Shown here piece by piece: positions 63,072 to 64,000 of a stretch of DNA of 64,000 nt. This DNA is from a virus (taxonomy: Duplodnaviria; Heunggongvirae; Uroviricota; Caudoviricetes), in IMG/VR virus record IMGVR_UViG_3300035034_002090, positions 109,238 to 173,237 of that record; one strand, 5' to 3'. The notes under the pieces were generated by a model that saw only the letters and a program-made list of their open reading frames with translations, did not search any database and was not told the origin of the DNA. Position 1 is the first letter of the stretch. Each line of letters opens with the position of its first letter. The position numbers and the translations under genes were made by a program.

Positions 63072-63929
63072 ATGACGGATATGATTCGAGACAAGATGGC
63101 TTTGGGCCAAGAAATGGACTTGCTCAGGCAACGTCTGGGACAACTGGTGGAGATTTACGTCGCGGAGACGCCCGTCGGTTTCATTCGTCTGCCCAGCGAG
63201 TTGGTCCAACAGGTGCGCAGGAGTGCCCGTCCTGGTGGGGGACGTTGGGACGAAGATTCGGCGCAACTCGCGCAGAACGACGCAGGCGAGCCCTCCCTTA
63301 CCTATTATGCGTGGAGGGTGGACCACCACGGCAGCCATTACGATCAGCACGAAACTCCGGTCAGTCCACTCGAGCACCCCGAGGTCTGGAGGGATGTTTA
63401 CTGGCATGTGGCTGAGTTGGTGCTGTGGTGCGTCGCTGGTGATACTAGCGCCAGAGACACTTTGAGTCGGCGGATCTTGCCTGTCTATCTTCGACCTATC
63501 ATGAAGGATTCGAATAGACTCGCGGAACTCGACTATGTCGACTTGCGCAGTCTCGAGCCGCTCAAATCCATGGGGGACTATGATTCGAGGATGCCGAACA
63601 ACCCGTCTGATCTGGCGACTGACATCGTGAAAATGATCGTCGATTTCCTCGGTGACGGCGAGGAAGTCGGCGAGCTGACGGTTTCTAAGAACGAAGTGAT
63701 GAAACGCGACAGTCTGCTAGGTGAATTCGAGGATGATCTTCGCAATTTGATAATGCGCTCTCCTTCACTCAACAGCATTATCGACACCCGATGGAAGCCT
63801 TTTGGCAGTCGGCCAAAATTCTCGAGCTCCGCCAAGGCAAATTTGACCGCGTGGGACAGTCCAGAAGAGGGTGTGATGGACGAGCTGGATGATGATGCCG
63901 TGAACCTTTGGCTGTATTTCGATGAGTGA
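63072..63929 (+). CDS. hypothetical protein
   Basis: ATG 63072 just after the tRNA, in frame with ORF-track 63033 which overlaps the tRNA. Confidence 0.4.
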   Translation: MTDMIRDKMALGQEMDLLRQRLGQLVEIYVAETPVGFIRLPSELVQQVRRSARPGGGRWDEDSAQLAQNDAGEPSLTYYAWRVDHHGSHYDQHETPVSPLEHPEVWRDVYWHVAELVLWCVAGDTSARDTLSRRILPVYLRPIMKDSNRLAELDYVDLRSLEPLKSMGDYDSRMPNNPSDLATDIVKMIVDFLGDGEEVGELTVSKNEVMKRDSLLGEFEDDLRNLIMRSPSLNSIIDTRWKPFGSRPKFSSSAKANLTAWDSPEEGVMDELDDDAVNLWLYFDE

Positions 63930-64000
63930 CTTTGGAGTTGCTCGCAAGCTCTCCCAACGTTTCGACGAGTAGTTATGAACGATACGACTGAGCGAACGCC

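Overview
This window reads as part of a large tailed dsDNA phage (or phage-plasmid) genome from a bacterial host. GC is roughly 55%, AGGAG-type ribosome-binding sites are used, and coding is almost entirely on the + strand with a few minus-strand islands.

Features I can support:
- A nucleotide/DNA metabolism block: B12-dependent class II ribonucleotide reductase NrdJ, a DnaQ-like 3'-5' exonuclease, a class I/II PLP aminotransferase-like protein, a NUDIX-like protein, a DinG/Rad3-family helicase, a PIN-PhoH2 ATPase, a DHH (NrnA-like) phosphoesterase and an HD phosphohydrolase.
- A plasmid-like replication module: a minus-strand initiator-like gene followed by seven ~22-bp-phased iterons, an AT-rich tract and a winged-helix gene.
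- Host-interaction genes: CsrA, GroES, an XRE-family HTH regulator and a ribbon-helix-helix protein.
- A tail fiber module at 43-54 kb: a 944-aa beta-helix tailspike-like protein on the minus strand and 512-aa and 1210-aa repeat-rich fibers on the + strand.
- Three HNH and one GIY-YIG homing-type endonucleases interspersed with an unusually large RNA complement: at least 33 tRNAs in about 12 arrays, a phage-encoded tmRNA, and several aberrant or fragmentary tRNA-like genes.

The most striking signal is a family of at least eight proteins scattered through the window that share a near-identical 13-15 aa N-terminal leader, M-x-(I/L)-L-E-x-I-D-x-x-L-x-E-(S/G). The leader resembles a capsid-targeting/prohead-protease propeptide. 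It is attached to diverse effector domains, including two PARP-like ADP-ribosyltransferases and a ParB-like nuclease domain. One member is interrupted by an in-frame amber codon.

All calls were made by eye from the sequence. tRNA anticodons and coordinates are manual folds and carry a few nucleotides of uncertainty.
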